A DNA stretch of 64,000 bases from an uncultured Gemmatimonadales bacterium (GTDB taxonomy: Bacteria; Gemmatimonadota; Gemmatimonadetes; Longimicrobiales; RSA9). The notes beneath the pieces were generated by a model, which saw nothing but the letters and a program-made list of their open reading frames with translations, did no database searches and was not told where the DNA came from. The DNA lies in assembly GCA_963798085.1 (NCBI GenBank), contig CAWCRS010000005.1, positions 736,001 through 800,000 on the forward strand. The letters are read 5' to 3'. Each line of letters begins with the position of its first letter. Positions within the stretch are counted from its first letter, which is position 1. Shown one piece after another: positions 1-9,692 of this stretch. Made by a program: the position numbers and the translations under genes.

Positions 1-387
1 GATGATTTCCGCGACAATCGCGCCTGTGCGAAACGACGTCAGGTTGCCCGGACCCTCGCTCCGCCACAGATAGAACTTGGCGGTTCCCACCAGGCCCGCG
101 GCGAGTCCGCCGAAAGCGTGCGAGAGCGCCGTCCGCTGCGGCACCGCCGTGAGCGGCACGAGGGACAGCGGCACGCCCACGAGCACGCCCACCGCGATCG
201 CAATGATGATCCAGCCGTGGTGCACGACCTCGGGCTGCATCCATGTCGCCAGGATGGCGATGCTCATGGCGACGACACCGGCGTACACCGCGCGCCTCGC
301 CGTGCCGGGTGTGTTCATCCAGTGCAGCGAGAAAACGAACAGGATGGTGGCGACAATGTAGGCCGCCTGGGCGAGGGCGTGAATCAT
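1..387 (-). CDS. pntB: NAD(P) transhydrogenase beta subunit, N-terminal part (runs off the window)
   Basis: Manual translation from ATG 387: MIHALAQAAYIVATILFVFSLHWMNTPGTARRAV...VPLTAVPQRTALSHAFGGLAAGLVG, matching the PntB membrane domain including the conserved His. ATGA overlap with the upstream gene stop. Not in the ORF track because it has no stop in the window. Confidence 0.9.
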   Translation of the reverse strand, partial: MIHALAQAAYIVATILFVFSLHWMNTPGTARRAVYAGVVAMSIAILATWMQPEVVHHGWIIIAIAVGVLVGVPLSLVPLTAVPQRTALSHAFGGLAAGLVGTAKFYLWRSEGPGNLTSFRTGAIVAEII

Positions 388-900
388 GATTCTGCCCCGG
401 GCTTCGTGGACTTGAACATCTTCAGCATGCGGTCCGTGATGAGGAAGCCGCTCACAATGTTCGTTACCGATGCGAAGAGCGCGACCGCACCCAGCATCCG
501 GATCTCGAGCGGGTAGTCGGCGCCCGTCACGATAATGGAACCCACCACCGCGATCGCCGAGAATGGCGTTGGTGAGCGACATCAGCGGCGTATGCAGGAG
601 TCGCGACACCCGGCGGATCACGCCCAGCCCGATGAAGCTGGAGAGGATGAAGACGAAGAGCAGCGACCAGTAGTCCGGCGCGGGCGGATTTTCGGCCTGC
701 GCGCCTGCCGCCTCACCGCCACCGACCGCCGGCGCCGCCGGCGCCGCCACCGCGCCCGGCGCGGTCAGCGCCATGGTGACAAGTTGTCGAGGAGCCGGGT
801 CTGCTGCCCCGCCGGTGAGTGAGGTGCCCGCCGCAAGCGAGGCTGCCGGCAGGCTCGTTGTCAGCGCAACGCACAACGCGAGCAACGTACGGGTTGACAA
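384..900 (-). CDS. pntAb: NAD(P) transhydrogenase alpha subunit, membrane part (PntAb), with N-terminal extension and an apparent +1 frameshift at ~562
   Basis: TTG start at 900 with AAAGGAG RBS 9 nt upstream. Reads ...LFVFILSSFIGLGVIRRVSRLLHTPLMSLTNAI; after removing one extra base at 562-563 it continues SAIAVVGSIIV...TNIVSGFLITDRMLKMFK*. HTPLMSxTNAIS and GFxITDRMLKMF are PntA hallmarks. Confidence 0.85.
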
Positions 901-1153
901 TGGCCGGTCTCCTTTGAGAGTGCGCCGGTCAATCTGCGAGACAAATCGTCCGCAAACCAGAGTCCGTACGGTGAGTCCGAGATATTACGTGCGTTGCCGG
1001 AAAGATCTGGAAATGTTGTACGGAAAGTCCCTGCAGAGCCCGCCGCCCCGGCTGTGCAGCGTCCGGCGCCGCGGGGCGCGAAGCGGCGGCGGCGTGGCCC
1101 GCATGTCCCCTGCGTGCTACCTTCGCGGTCCACTTTTCATGGGAGCGGAAGAC

Positions 1154-1582
1154 ATGCCGACCAGCAGGGCGTCGGCCGTCTGGGAAGGCGGCCTGAGGAA
1201 CGGGCAGGGACACTTCAAGGCGGGATCGGGCGCGTTCGCGGGCGATTTCACATTCCTCACGCGCTTCGAGGGCGCCGCCGGCACCAACCCCGAGGAGTTG
1301 ATCGCCGCGGCCCACGCCGCCTGTCTCTCGATGGCGCTGGCCGCAGGTCTGGAGCGCGCCGGCACGCCGCCCACGCAGATCGCGACGACGGCGTCCTGCA
1401 CCATCGAGCGCAAGGAGGCAGGCTTCCGCATTACCACAATGAAACTCGAGGTGCGAGGGACCGTGCCGGGCATCGACCAGGCCGCATTCCAGCAGGCGGC
1501 GGAGGCGGCCAGGGAAGGGTGTCCCGTGTCCAACGCGCTCAAGGGCAACGTCGAACTGCAGCTGGACGCACGACTGGCCTGA
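1154..1582 (+). CDS. osmC: OsmC family peroxiredoxin
   Basis: MPTSRASAVWEGG...GTNPEELIAAAHAACLSMAL...GCPVSNAL with both catalytic Cys. Confidence 0.93.
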   Translation: MPTSRASAVWEGGLRNGQGHFKAGSGAFAGDFTFLTRFEGAAGTNPEELIAAAHAACLSMALAAGLERAGTPPTQIATTASCTIERKEAGFRITTMKLEVRGTVPGIDQAAFQQAAEAAREGCPVSNALKGNVELQLDARLA

Positions 1583-1715
1583 CGCCACAGCACGTCTAAC
1601 AGACTGTCAGGCGCTGCCCCGCTCGGACCGGGGATGAACCATCGCGGGCGCGCGGGCTTGGGCAGTGGCACGCGGCGATTTCGCTCCCGCCGCAGGGCTG
1701 CGGGCGCGCGCCCGT

Positions 1716-3530
1716 CTACGCCGCGCGCGTGGACCGAGGCTTGATGCCCGTAATGCCCCACTCCAGACGATCCAGCGCGTCCTCGCTCAGGCCACCGCGC
1801 AGGTCGACCCAGGTGAAACTGCGCAGGAACAGCGGCAGCACCGGCCTGGCCGGCGCACCCGGCAGCAGCACGGGAATCACGGGCATGCGCCTCGCCACGC
1901 ACTGCTCGAGGCAGGCGCGCAGCTCCGGCTCCTCCCAGGGGCCGACGCCGTGCTCCCCGAAAATGATGAGCGCACTGCGCACTGTGGCGATGGCCTGCTC
2001 GATCCCTTCCTGCCACGGCCGGCCGGGCGCCAGCTCCCAGACGTCCAGCCACACGCGCAGCCGGCGCTGCCGCAGATGCTCGCCCAGCTGCAGCACGGCA
2101 TCGCGCTCCTGCCCGTTGTAGCTCACGAACACGTCGAACGGCTCGGCCACCGGTGCTGGTGCTTCGCCCGCGGCCGCATCCGGCGGCGCGGGCGCCGCCA
2201 CCCGCGAGAGCGCCGGGCGGGCGCTGCGCCGCGCTCCCTGCAGCGTCGCGCCACCGGCTAACAGAATCGTCAGGAGGATGGTGGCCGCTACCGGGTAGTC
2301 AATGTCCGCCCACACGCGCCCCAGCCGCATGGCCAGTACGGCGCCCAGCACGAGAACCGCGATCATGATGCCGGCACTGCGCAGCAGCGCGGGGGTGCCC
2401 CCGCCGCCCGCCTGGACCACCGTGAGCAGCCAGCATACTGCGAACACGAGCGTCAGCAGGAGCCAGAGCGGCAGGTGTGTGATGAGGCTGCCCGTACGCA
2501 GGGCCTGCGCCGCCCATGTCTGGATGGTGACGCCGGGGAGCGCGCCCCAGGGCGTGTCCCAGGTGTCGCCCGGGCGGTAGGCGCCAACGAAAACGAAACG
2601 GTCGCGCAGCAGCGCCAGCGTGGAGTCGTCGGGCAGACCGTCGATCTGCACGGGTGTGCTGGCGGGGGGAACGAACTGCACGAGACCGTTCGCGGGAACG
2701 GCAACGGGTGCGCCCGCCAGCAATGTGGCGGCACGCACGGCCATTGAAGGCGACGACGGGTCGTCGGGCCTCGACGCCAGCACATTCCGGATTCGGCCAT
2801 CCGCCTCGCGCACGCCTATCACGCTGGCCAGGTTCTCGTCGTGCAGACAGGGTTGCAGCGTGGACGGCAGCGCCTCGCGCACCCAGGCACTGCCGCGCTG
2901 CCGCAGTTCGTACGCGAACACCACCGGCAGGCCCGCCTGACGCGCGCGCTCGACCAGCACGCAGAACACGCGATCGAAGCTCAATGTATCGCGCAGCGCG
3001 AAGTCGAAGATCATGCCCCTGGCGTGCTGCTCGATCCCCTGGCTGATCAGCCCCGCCAGCGTGCGCCTGGCTTCGGCGACGGGGGTGCCCGCAAACGAAG
3101 GCAGCAGCACGATCGCCACGTCGCCACCGCCGCGCGCCGGCGGCGCCAGCCCGTAATGCCAGTCGCCCAGGCGGTTGAGGCCCAGGAAATTGCCGGGCGT
3201 GGCATCCTCATAACCCGTGATTATCGCGCGCCGGCCATCCAGAATGCGTGTGCCCGCGGCAATGGCGAAGAACGTGAAATACGCGAGGAAGAAGAGCAGG
3301 AATCCGCCGCCCAGCAGCAGGCGTCGTTCGCGCAGGAGCGGCCGGCCCAGCAGTACGAGCGCTGCGGCCAGCGGCGCCAGCAGCGCGAGCACGGCCAGCG
3401 GTCGCTGGGAAAAGGAGCCCAGCGCGCGCGTCAGCAGGTAGGCGCCCGACCCCGCGGGCAGCGCAATGAGCAGCGCGATCCAGCGCTCCCGCCGCAGCGC
3501 GCGTTGGCGGCCCGCGTCAGCGAGCGCCAT
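1716..3530 (-). CDS. Membrane protein: 3 TM - CHASE2 domain - 3 TM - TIR domain
   Basis: CHASE2 motifs VAIVL, ARGMIFDF, ADGRIRNV, LRDRFVFVGA, DTWDTPWGALPGV. The C-terminal TIR_2-like domain reads FDVFVSYNG...VWLDVWELAPGRPWQEGIEQAI...GPWEEPELRAC...VIPVLLP...FTWVDLR. Confidence 0.85.
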   Translation of the reverse strand: MALADAGRQRALRRERWIALLIALPAGSGAYLLTRALGSFSQRPLAVLALLAPLAAALVLLGRPLLRERRLLLGGGFLLFFLAYFTFFAIAAGTRILDGRRAIITGYEDATPGNFLGLNRLGDWHYGLAPPARGGGDVAIVLLPSFAGTPVAEARRTLAGLISQGIEQHARGMIFDFALRDTLSFDRVFCVLVERARQAGLPVVFAYELRQRGSAWVREALPSTLQPCLHDENLASVIGVREADGRIRNVLASRPDDPSSPSMAVRAATLLAGAPVAVPANGLVQFVPPASTPVQIDGLPDDSTLALLRDRFVFVGAYRPGDTWDTPWGALPGVTIQTWAAQALRTGSLITHLPLWLLLTLVFAVCWLLTVVQAGGGGTPALLRSAGIMIAVLVLGAVLAMRLGRVWADIDYPVAATILLTILLAGGATLQGARRSARPALSRVAAPAPPDAAAGEAPAPVAEPFDVFVSYNGQERDAVLQLGEHLRQRRLRVWLDVWELAPGRPWQEGIEQAIATVRSALIIFGEHGVGPWEEPELRACLEQCVARRMPVIPVLLPGAPARPVLPLFLRSFTWVDLRGGLSEDALDRLEWGITGIKPRSTRAA

Positions 3531-4602
3531 CCGAGCCGCCCACGCGCGAGCGCGTGGCCGTGGCCGATGTAGTCCTGCTGAGGGTGTCGGACGAACCCGT
3601 CTTCACAGCGGCGCGTGACGCCGCCGTCGTCGCTTTCCCGGCCGTCGCCTTCTTCGCGGTATCCGGCGCCGCCGAGCCGGCCGTGCCGGCGTTCGCCGCA
3701 CGCAGTGCTGCGGTGGTCGTGCCCGCGGCGCTGCCGCCACTCCGCATGCGCCCGACCCTGAGGATCGCCGGATCAATGTTGTAGCGTCTCGCGGCGTCGT
3801 CGGTGGTCACGCCTGCCCGCCGCAGGTTGAAGTTCGCGTGCTCGGGTACGCGGTAGCGGATCTGCGCCCTGGCCAGGGCCACCCGCCGCTCGGTATCGCC
3901 CGGGTTGGCCAGCACCTCGTAGTGCAGCACGCTGAGACTGTCGTACGAGGCGCTTCGGTTGTTGACGATAACACCCTGTTTCAACCCCTCGTCCATGTCG
4001 AAGTTGGCGTAGATCCCGGCCCAGCGCTTCAGCTGTTGCGGTGTGGTCCGGCCCAGTGATGGCCTGGCGCTGCGCGGACTCACGTCGAGGTTCATGCCCG
4101 GCCTCGCGGTGAGCGTGTCGCCGCTGCTCGTGCGTGCGGAAACCTCGCCGTCGAAGACGACAATGCGCGGCGCAATGCCGGCACTGTCGCGGCGCACAAT
4201 GATGGCGTACTGCGTACCATGACTGGTCAGGTTGACGGCGCCCACGGTCTGACCGGTCGGCTCTTCCGCGATCACGTTGGCATCGCCACTGAGCAGGTTC
4301 ATGTGACAGTGTCCTGCCGTGTCGGGCACATCAATGAAGAAGCGGAACGGCCCGCGCAGACGGTAGGTCGTCGACCCGGCTGGCATGCACAGCAGCTCGA
4401 GGTACGAGGTGTCTGCCGCGGTGAGCAGGTCACCGGGCTGCAGGTCGAGACCCGCAGTGGCGCGGATGGCGCGCGCTGCACCCAGCTGCTGTACGGCGAC
4501 CCGGCTGGGATCCGGGAACACCGCCTCGATCCTCGCCTGTGCCCTCGCGGCGGCGGGCGGCAGCGCGAGGAGCAACGCGATGGGGACTGCGCCTCGAATC
4601 AT
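3517..4602 (-). CDS. Secreted FecR-domain-like protein with TPR-like helical region and Ala/Thr/Lys-rich tail
   Basis: GGAGG RBS before ATG 4602; signal peptide ending AAARA-Q. FecR-like motifs GLDLQPGDLL, NLTSHGTQYAI, VVFDGEV, LTARPG. Overlaps the CHASE2-TIR start by 14 nt. Confidence 0.7.
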   Translation of the reverse strand: MIRGAVPIALLLALPPAAARAQARIEAVFPDPSRVAVQQLGAARAIRATAGLDLQPGDLLTAADTSYLELLCMPAGSTTYRLRGPFRFFIDVPDTAGHCHMNLLSGDANVIAEEPTGQTVGAVNLTSHGTQYAIIVRRDSAGIAPRIVVFDGEVSARTSSGDTLTARPGMNLDVSPRSARPSLGRTTPQQLKRWAGIYANFDMDEGLKQGVIVNNRSASYDSLSVLHYEVLANPGDTERRVALARAQIRYRVPEHANFNLRRAGVTTDDAARRYNIDPAILRVGRMRSGGSAAGTTTAALRAANAGTAGSAAPDTAKKATAGKATTAASRAAVKTGSSDTLSRTTSATATRSRVGGSDGAR

Positions 4603-4829
4603 CAGGGCCTCCTGCAGGCGGGGGCGGGTGACTTCGCGTACTGCGTCCACGCGCGATCACCCTGCTTCGGAAGGCGCACACGTGCGCGCCAAGCGGTCAC
4701 GCCGTCGTTCTGCAATCTAGACGGTGGTCCGGCAGGTGGCCACGTGTGCGCCGATGCGACGGCGGCCGCCTCACGCGTGCAAGGCGGCCGTCGTGTCTGC
4801 TGGATTCCGGCGCGCGCTGCGCGCGCCGT

Positions 4830-5450
4830 TCAGCCGTCCGACTTGTTCCAGCTCACTTCCCGGTTGATCTCGCGTCCGCACACGGTGCCGACGACGGTGC
4901 GCTTGCCCACATCCGGCAGGCGAGTGGAAGTGATGTGGAAGTCGCACTCGCCGCTCTTGCCATTGGTCGCGCTCCACGTGAAGTGGCCGGACTTGGTGGC
5001 GGTCTGCGGGCCCACCGGCTGGCCGTTCTCGAAGTGGCGCGTGGCGTCGAAGCTGAAGGTGCCGTTCACGGTGCGTGTCACATCACCGCGTGCGTGCGCG
5101 CAGTCATTCCAGGCGCCACTGGCGGTCGCGTGATAATCCGCTATGCCCTGGTCGTTGCGCGTGCGCTCAATGCTGCCCTCCAGCGTGATGGTACCGCCCG
5201 CGGGGCAGTCATGAGAGCGCGAGAATGTGCGCGTGTCCGCGCCGGCAATCGAGAGACCGGCATCGAGGCCGAAGCCACCCAGCAGAATCTGGCTGAACAC
5301 GATCTGACCCGTCATGGCATCGGTGTCGAGCGCGACCGCCACGGCGTCATCCGTGGTCATTCCATCGGCCGGTCCCGTACTGTCGTTGCTGCACGCCGCG
5401 ACGGCCAGCAGGGCCGCAACCGCGGGCGCCATCCAATTGACGCTGCGCAT
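4830..5450 (-). CDS. Hypothetical beta-rich lipoprotein
   Basis: GGAGG RBS; lipobox VAAC (MRSVNWMAPAVAALLAVAAC); four further Cys; Thr/Ser/Gly-rich strands. Confidence 0.75.
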   Translation of the reverse strand: MRSVNWMAPAVAALLAVAACSNDSTGPADGMTTDDAVAVALDTDAMTGQIVFSQILLGGFGLDAGLSIAGADTRTFSRSHDCPAGGTITLEGSIERTRNDQGIADYHATASGAWNDCAHARGDVTRTVNGTFSFDATRHFENGQPVGPQTATKSGHFTWSATNGKSGECDFHITSTRLPDVGKRTVVGTVCGREINREVSWNKSDG

Positions 5451-5589
5451 GATCTGCATCTCCTCCCATTCTTGCGGCCATCCCCGCCGCTGCTTCCGAG
5501 GCCCCGCTTTTTCGGGACCTTCACCGATACGGATGCCGGATGCGCCACGGCCGTTAAGTGCGGGCGCATTGTGTGGATAATCATGCCAT

Positions 5590-5605
5590 TGCGAATGCCG
5601 TGCCG
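5590..5605 (-). promoter_or_regulatory. Candidate sigma-54 (-24/-12) promoter
   Basis: Minus strand CGGCACGGCATTCGCA has GG-N10-GC spacing, ~140 bp upstream of the 5450 lipoprotein start. Confidence 0.45.
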
Positions 5606-5711
5606 TCCTTGCGGCGAACGCGCTGCGGCGGGCCATGGGCGGGCTCCCTGACAGCGCGTTTTGTGTGCCGTCGGGGAGTAGCGTTGCTGCGCAATCAGTA
5701 CAGAGGGCGGG

Positions 5712-8171
5712 CTATTCAATGCGCAGGGCCGTGAGCGGATCGAGAGTGGCCGCTCGCCGTGCCGGCGTGTAGCTGGCGAGCCCGGCCACGGCGACGAGGA
5801 TGAGCGCGACAGCGCCGAAGGTGATGGGGTCGAACGCGTGCACGCCGAACAGCAGTGTCGACATGAGCCGGGTGAGCGCGAGTGCGCACGCCATGCCGAT
5901 GGCCACACCCATGCCGGCGAGCGTGAGACCCTGGCCCAGCACCATGCCGGCGACGCGTCGCGTCTCTGCGCCCAGCGCCATGCGCACGCCGATTTCCCGT
6001 GTGCGCTGCGCCACGATGTAGGCCATGACGCCGTACAGCCCGATGGCGCCGAGGAACAGGCCCACGAACGCAGCGATGGCCAGCAGCGTCATGGTGAGGG
6101 CCGTGCGCGCCATCGACTTGTCCACGATCTCCTGCAGCGTACGCGTATTGGCGAGGGGCAGGTTGGGGTTCACGCTCCAGACGGCCTTGCGCAGTTCCGG
6201 CAGCAGCGCCGCGGGCAGGCCGCGTGTGCGGACGACGTAGGTCAGGCTGCGCTCCACGGTGAGTCCGGCGCTTTGCTGACCCCGGTCTTCCTGCAGCAGC
6301 GGGAAGTAGGCGAGGCCGGGCGCATCCTGGTCCAGACCCGCGTCGTGCTCGTCGGCGACCACGCCGACGACGGTGTACCACTCGTCGGTCGGGTCCTGGC
6401 GCAGTCGCCGGCCCATGGCCTTTTCCGGCGAGCCCCAGAACTGACGCGCTAACGCTTCGTTAACGACCACCAGGCGGGCGTGGCTGTGCAGGTCGGCCGC
6501 GGTCAGCGCGCGACCGGCGCGCAGGGACAGACCGAGCGTGCCGAAGTAGTCGCCCAGCACCCACTTGGTGCGCACGATGGGCGGCACACCCCCGTCCGCC
6601 GTGGGATGATCCTCGATCCAGGTGCCGCTCTGCGATTCCTCGTCCTCCATGGGTACGGACGAGGTGGCGCCGGCCGCGACCACACCCGGCAGCTGCGTGA
6701 TGCCTGCCAGGATCTGCTCGTACGCATTGGCGACGGCGGTGGCATCGGCGATCTCGGCGGTGGGTATGGCAACGCGCGTGGTAATGATCTGTTCCGGCGC
6801 GCGGAATCCCGGATCCACGTGGCGCAGCGCCAGGAACGAGCGCACCATGAGACCGGCGCCGGCCATCAGTACGAGCGCGAGTGACACCTGGGCCACGACC
6901 AGGCTGTTGCGCGCGCGATGGCGCTCCCGTCCCGCGCTGGAGCCACGGCCGCCCTCCTTCAGTGCCGCGCTCAGCCGGGGCCGGGCATGGCGCATGATGG
7001 GGAACGCGCCGAAGAACAGACCGCAGAGCACGGAGACGGCGGCGGCGAAGACGAGGATGCGGCCGTTGATCGTGATCTCCTGCATGCGCGGCAGGTCGCC
7101 ACCCAGAGAGGCGAAGGCGCGGATGCCCACCCTGGCCAGCACCACGCCCAGCGCGCCGCCCAGCAGCGCCAGCGTGAAGCTCTCGAGCAGGAACTGCCCG
7201 GCGATATGGCGCCGCCCGGCACCAATGGCGGTGCGCAGTGCGACCTCGCGCTGGCGTCCTTCGGCGCGGACCAGCACCAGGTTGGCGACATTGGCGCACG
7301 CCACGAGCAGCACGATGCTCACGGTGCCCAGCAGGATCCAGAGCACGCGGCTCACGTCACCGGTAACTTCCTGTTTGAGCGGGTGGATGACGGGCGCGAG
7401 CTTCGCGCTCTCCATCATGGCGCGCGAGATGGGGCCGGGGTAGCGGTCGGGCAATGCCGGCAGCACGCGTTCCATGTCTGCCTGCGCCTGCGTCATACTC
7501 ACACCCGGACGGAGCCGTGCGATGCCGTCGTAGTTGAAGCTGCCCGAGCTGGTTTGCGCGGCGTCGAACTGCGCCGGCACCCAGACCTGCGGATCGTCAT
7601 TCAACCGGAAGCCGCGCGGCATGATGCCAATGATCTGCGAAGTCTGACCGTCGAGGCGCACGGTCTTCCCAATGACGCCGCGGTCGCCGCCGAAGCGCTG
7701 GCGCCAGAACTGCCAGGAGAGCACCAGCGTCTGGGGGGCGCCCGGCCGCACGTCTTCCGCGGTGAACGCGCGACCCAGCGCGGGCTTCACGCCCAGCACG
7801 CCGAACCAGCCGTCCGTGACCAGCCGTGCGCGCAGACGTTCGGGCGAGCCGTCACCGGTGAGGCTCACCTGTCGCGAAGCGGAGACCGCGATATCCTCGA
7901 ACACGCGGTTATCGGATCGATACAGCAGGTAGGTGGCGTCGGAGTGGCCCACTCTGGGCACATCGGCGCCGAGCGCGGAGAACCCGGAGTAGACGAGCCG
8001 CCCGGGATCGGGGAACGGCAGCGCGCGAATGAGCACGGCATCCACCACGCTGTAAATGGCGGTGGTGGCGCCAATGCCGAGGGCCAGGGTGAGGACCGCA
8101 ATGGCCGTGAACGCGGGCGCGCGCCGCAGGCGGCGCAGGACGAAGCGGAATTCGCTGGCAAGGCCCGACAT
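5712..8171 (-). CDS. ADOP-type duplicated MacB/FtsX ABC permease
   Basis: GGAG RBS, MSGLASEFRFVLRRLRRAPAF...LALGIGATTAIYSVVDAVL; LLVACANVANL; RTREIGVRMALGA; ends DPLTALRIE; no ATPase domain. Confidence 0.92.
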   Translation of the reverse strand: MSGLASEFRFVLRRLRRAPAFTAIAVLTLALGIGATTAIYSVVDAVLIRALPFPDPGRLVYSGFSALGADVPRVGHSDATYLLYRSDNRVFEDIAVSASRQVSLTGDGSPERLRARLVTDGWFGVLGVKPALGRAFTAEDVRPGAPQTLVLSWQFWRQRFGGDRGVIGKTVRLDGQTSQIIGIMPRGFRLNDDPQVWVPAQFDAAQTSSGSFNYDGIARLRPGVSMTQAQADMERVLPALPDRYPGPISRAMMESAKLAPVIHPLKQEVTGDVSRVLWILLGTVSIVLLVACANVANLVLVRAEGRQREVALRTAIGAGRRHIAGQFLLESFTLALLGGALGVVLARVGIRAFASLGGDLPRMQEITINGRILVFAAAVSVLCGLFFGAFPIMRHARPRLSAALKEGGRGSSAGRERHRARNSLVVAQVSLALVLMAGAGLMVRSFLALRHVDPGFRAPEQIITTRVAIPTAEIADATAVANAYEQILAGITQLPGVVAAGATSSVPMEDEESQSGTWIEDHPTADGGVPPIVRTKWVLGDYFGTLGLSLRAGRALTAADLHSHARLVVVNEALARQFWGSPEKAMGRRLRQDPTDEWYTVVGVVADEHDAGLDQDAPGLAYFPLLQEDRGQQSAGLTVERSLTYVVRTRGLPAALLPELRKAVWSVNPNLPLANTRTLQEIVDKSMARTALTMTLLAIAAFVGLFLGAIGLYGVMAYIVAQRTREIGVRMALGAETRRVAGMVLGQGLTLAGMGVAIGMACALALTRLMSTLLFGVHAFDPITFGAVALILVAVAGLASYTPARRAATLDPLTALRIE

Positions 8172-8366
8172 GTCGCAGCTCCATGGTACGACGGCACGGA
8201 GCGCGCCCGGACGTGCCGGGTCGCGAAAAACTGGAGCAACTACGGCGGCAGGCGACGACGGGTTTCCGATCCTCCCGGCGAGCCGTCGACGCGCCGGAAC
8301 TTGAGCGGACGCGTCGTCGGCTCCATCTTGGGCGGCCGAACCCACCCGCACAGTGAGGAACGCGCT

Positions 8367-9692
8367 CTGGAAGCTGCACACGGCAACGGGCTGCGCCGCG
8401 CGCTCGGGCTGCCGCACGCCACGGCCATGGTGGCGGGCACGATCATCGGCGCCTCGATCTTCGTGCAGCCAGCGGAAGTCACCAGCCGCGTGCCGTGGGC
8501 GCCGGGCATCTTTCTCGTCTGGTCGGTTGCCGGATTGCTGACGCTGGCCGGCTCGCTGGTCTGCGCCGAACTGAGCACGCGCTTCCCGGACAGCGGCGGC
8601 GTGTACGTGTTCCTGAAGGAATCACTCGGTGCGCCGGTCGGCTTCCTCTGGGGCTGGGCCATGTTCTGGACCATGCACACGGGAATCATCGCGGCCATCG
8701 CGGTGATCTTCGCGCGTTATGCGGCGTTCTTTCTGCCGCTGGGCGATGCCGGCCTGCGCGGCCTCGGCATTGTCGTGATTCTGCTGCTCTCGGCCATCAA
8801 TTATGCGGGCGTCCGGCGAGGCGCCACGCTGCAGGCGCTGTTCACCGCGGGCAAGCTGCTCGCCGTGCTTGCCATCATCGCGACCGGTTATGCGCTCGGC
8901 CCTCGCCAGCCGCTGGCACCGGCGCCGGGAAGCGCGTCCGCTCTCGATGCGCGGAATTTCCTGCTGGCGGTGGGTGCGGGCCTCTTCGCCTTCGGCGGCT
9001 GGCACATGGTCACGTACAGCGCGGGCGAGACCGTGCGGCCCGAGCGCACGCTGCCGCGCGCGCTGGTGCTCGGCGTGCTGGTGGTAACCGTGTGTTATAT
9101 CGCCCTCAATGCGGTATACCTGCACGTGCTGCCGCTGGCCACGGTGGCGCATTCCACGCGCATCGCCGCGGACGCCGCCAATGCGGTGCTGGGCCGGGGC
9201 GGCGGCGCACTCATGTCGGCCCTGGTGATATTCTCGACGCTGGGCGCCCTGTCCGGCATCATCCTGCTGGGTCCGCGGGTCTATTATGCCATGGCCCGCG
9301 ACGGCCTGGCCTTCCCCTGGCTGGGCGCCGTGCACCCGCGCTACCACACCCCGCACCACGCCATTGTGCTGCAGGCCGTGTGGTCCGCCGTGCTGGTCGC
9401 AACAGGCAGTTACAGGGCGCTGTTCACGCGCGTGATCTACACGGAGTGGATCTTCTTCGGCCTCATGACCATCGGCCTGATGCGACTGCGCCGGCGCGAG
9501 GGCGGACCGCCCGCGTGGGGCGTACCCGGCTATCCCGTCGTGCCCGTGCTGTTCGCCGCCGCGGCCTTCGGCATTGTGGCCATGCAGGTGGCGGCCGATC
9601 CGCGCTCCAGCGGGCTGGGCCTGCTGTTCGTGCTGGCGGGCCTTCCCGTGTACCTTGTATGGACCCGAACGAAAGCGAAGCGTCCGCCATGA
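8367..9692 (+). CDS. APC family amino acid permease (start uncertain)
   Basis: LRRALGL...GTIIGASIF, AELSTRFPDSGGVYVFL, FAFGGW, PRVYYAMARDG, about 12 TM. Start placed at a CTG behind GAGGA; TTG 8301/8328 are alternatives. Confidence 0.88.
   Translation: MEAAHGNGLRRALGLPHATAMVAGTIIGASIFVQPAEVTSRVPWAPGIFLVWSVAGLLTLAGSLVCAELSTRFPDSGGVYVFLKESLGAPVGFLWGWAMFWTMHTGIIAAIAVIFARYAAFFLPLGDAGLRGLGIVVILLLSAINYAGVRRGATLQALFTAGKLLAVLAIIATGYALGPRQPLAPAPGSASALDARNFLLAVGAGLFAFGGWHMVTYSAGETVRPERTLPRALVLGVLVVTVCYIALNAVYLHVLPLATVAHSTRIAADAANAVLGRGGGALMSALVIFSTLGALSGIILLGPRVYYAMARDGLAFPWLGAVHPRYHTPHHAIVLQAVWSAVLVATGSYRALFTRVIYTEWIFFGLMTIGLMRLRRREGGPPAWGVPGYPVVPVLFAAAAFGIVAMQVAADPRSSGLGLLFVLAGLPVYLVWTRTKAKRPP

Noticed and set aside
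1..900. Genuine PntAb-PntB fusion protein
   Set aside because: The fused frame replaces conserved PntAb TM segments with ~58 non-homologous residues, while the conserved sequence persists in the shifted frame
6918..8366. Long N-terminal extension of the APC permease ORF (and the similar extension of ORF 8495-10672)
   Set aside because: The extensions overlap real genes on the opposite strand or in another frame; homology begins near 8367 and 9689
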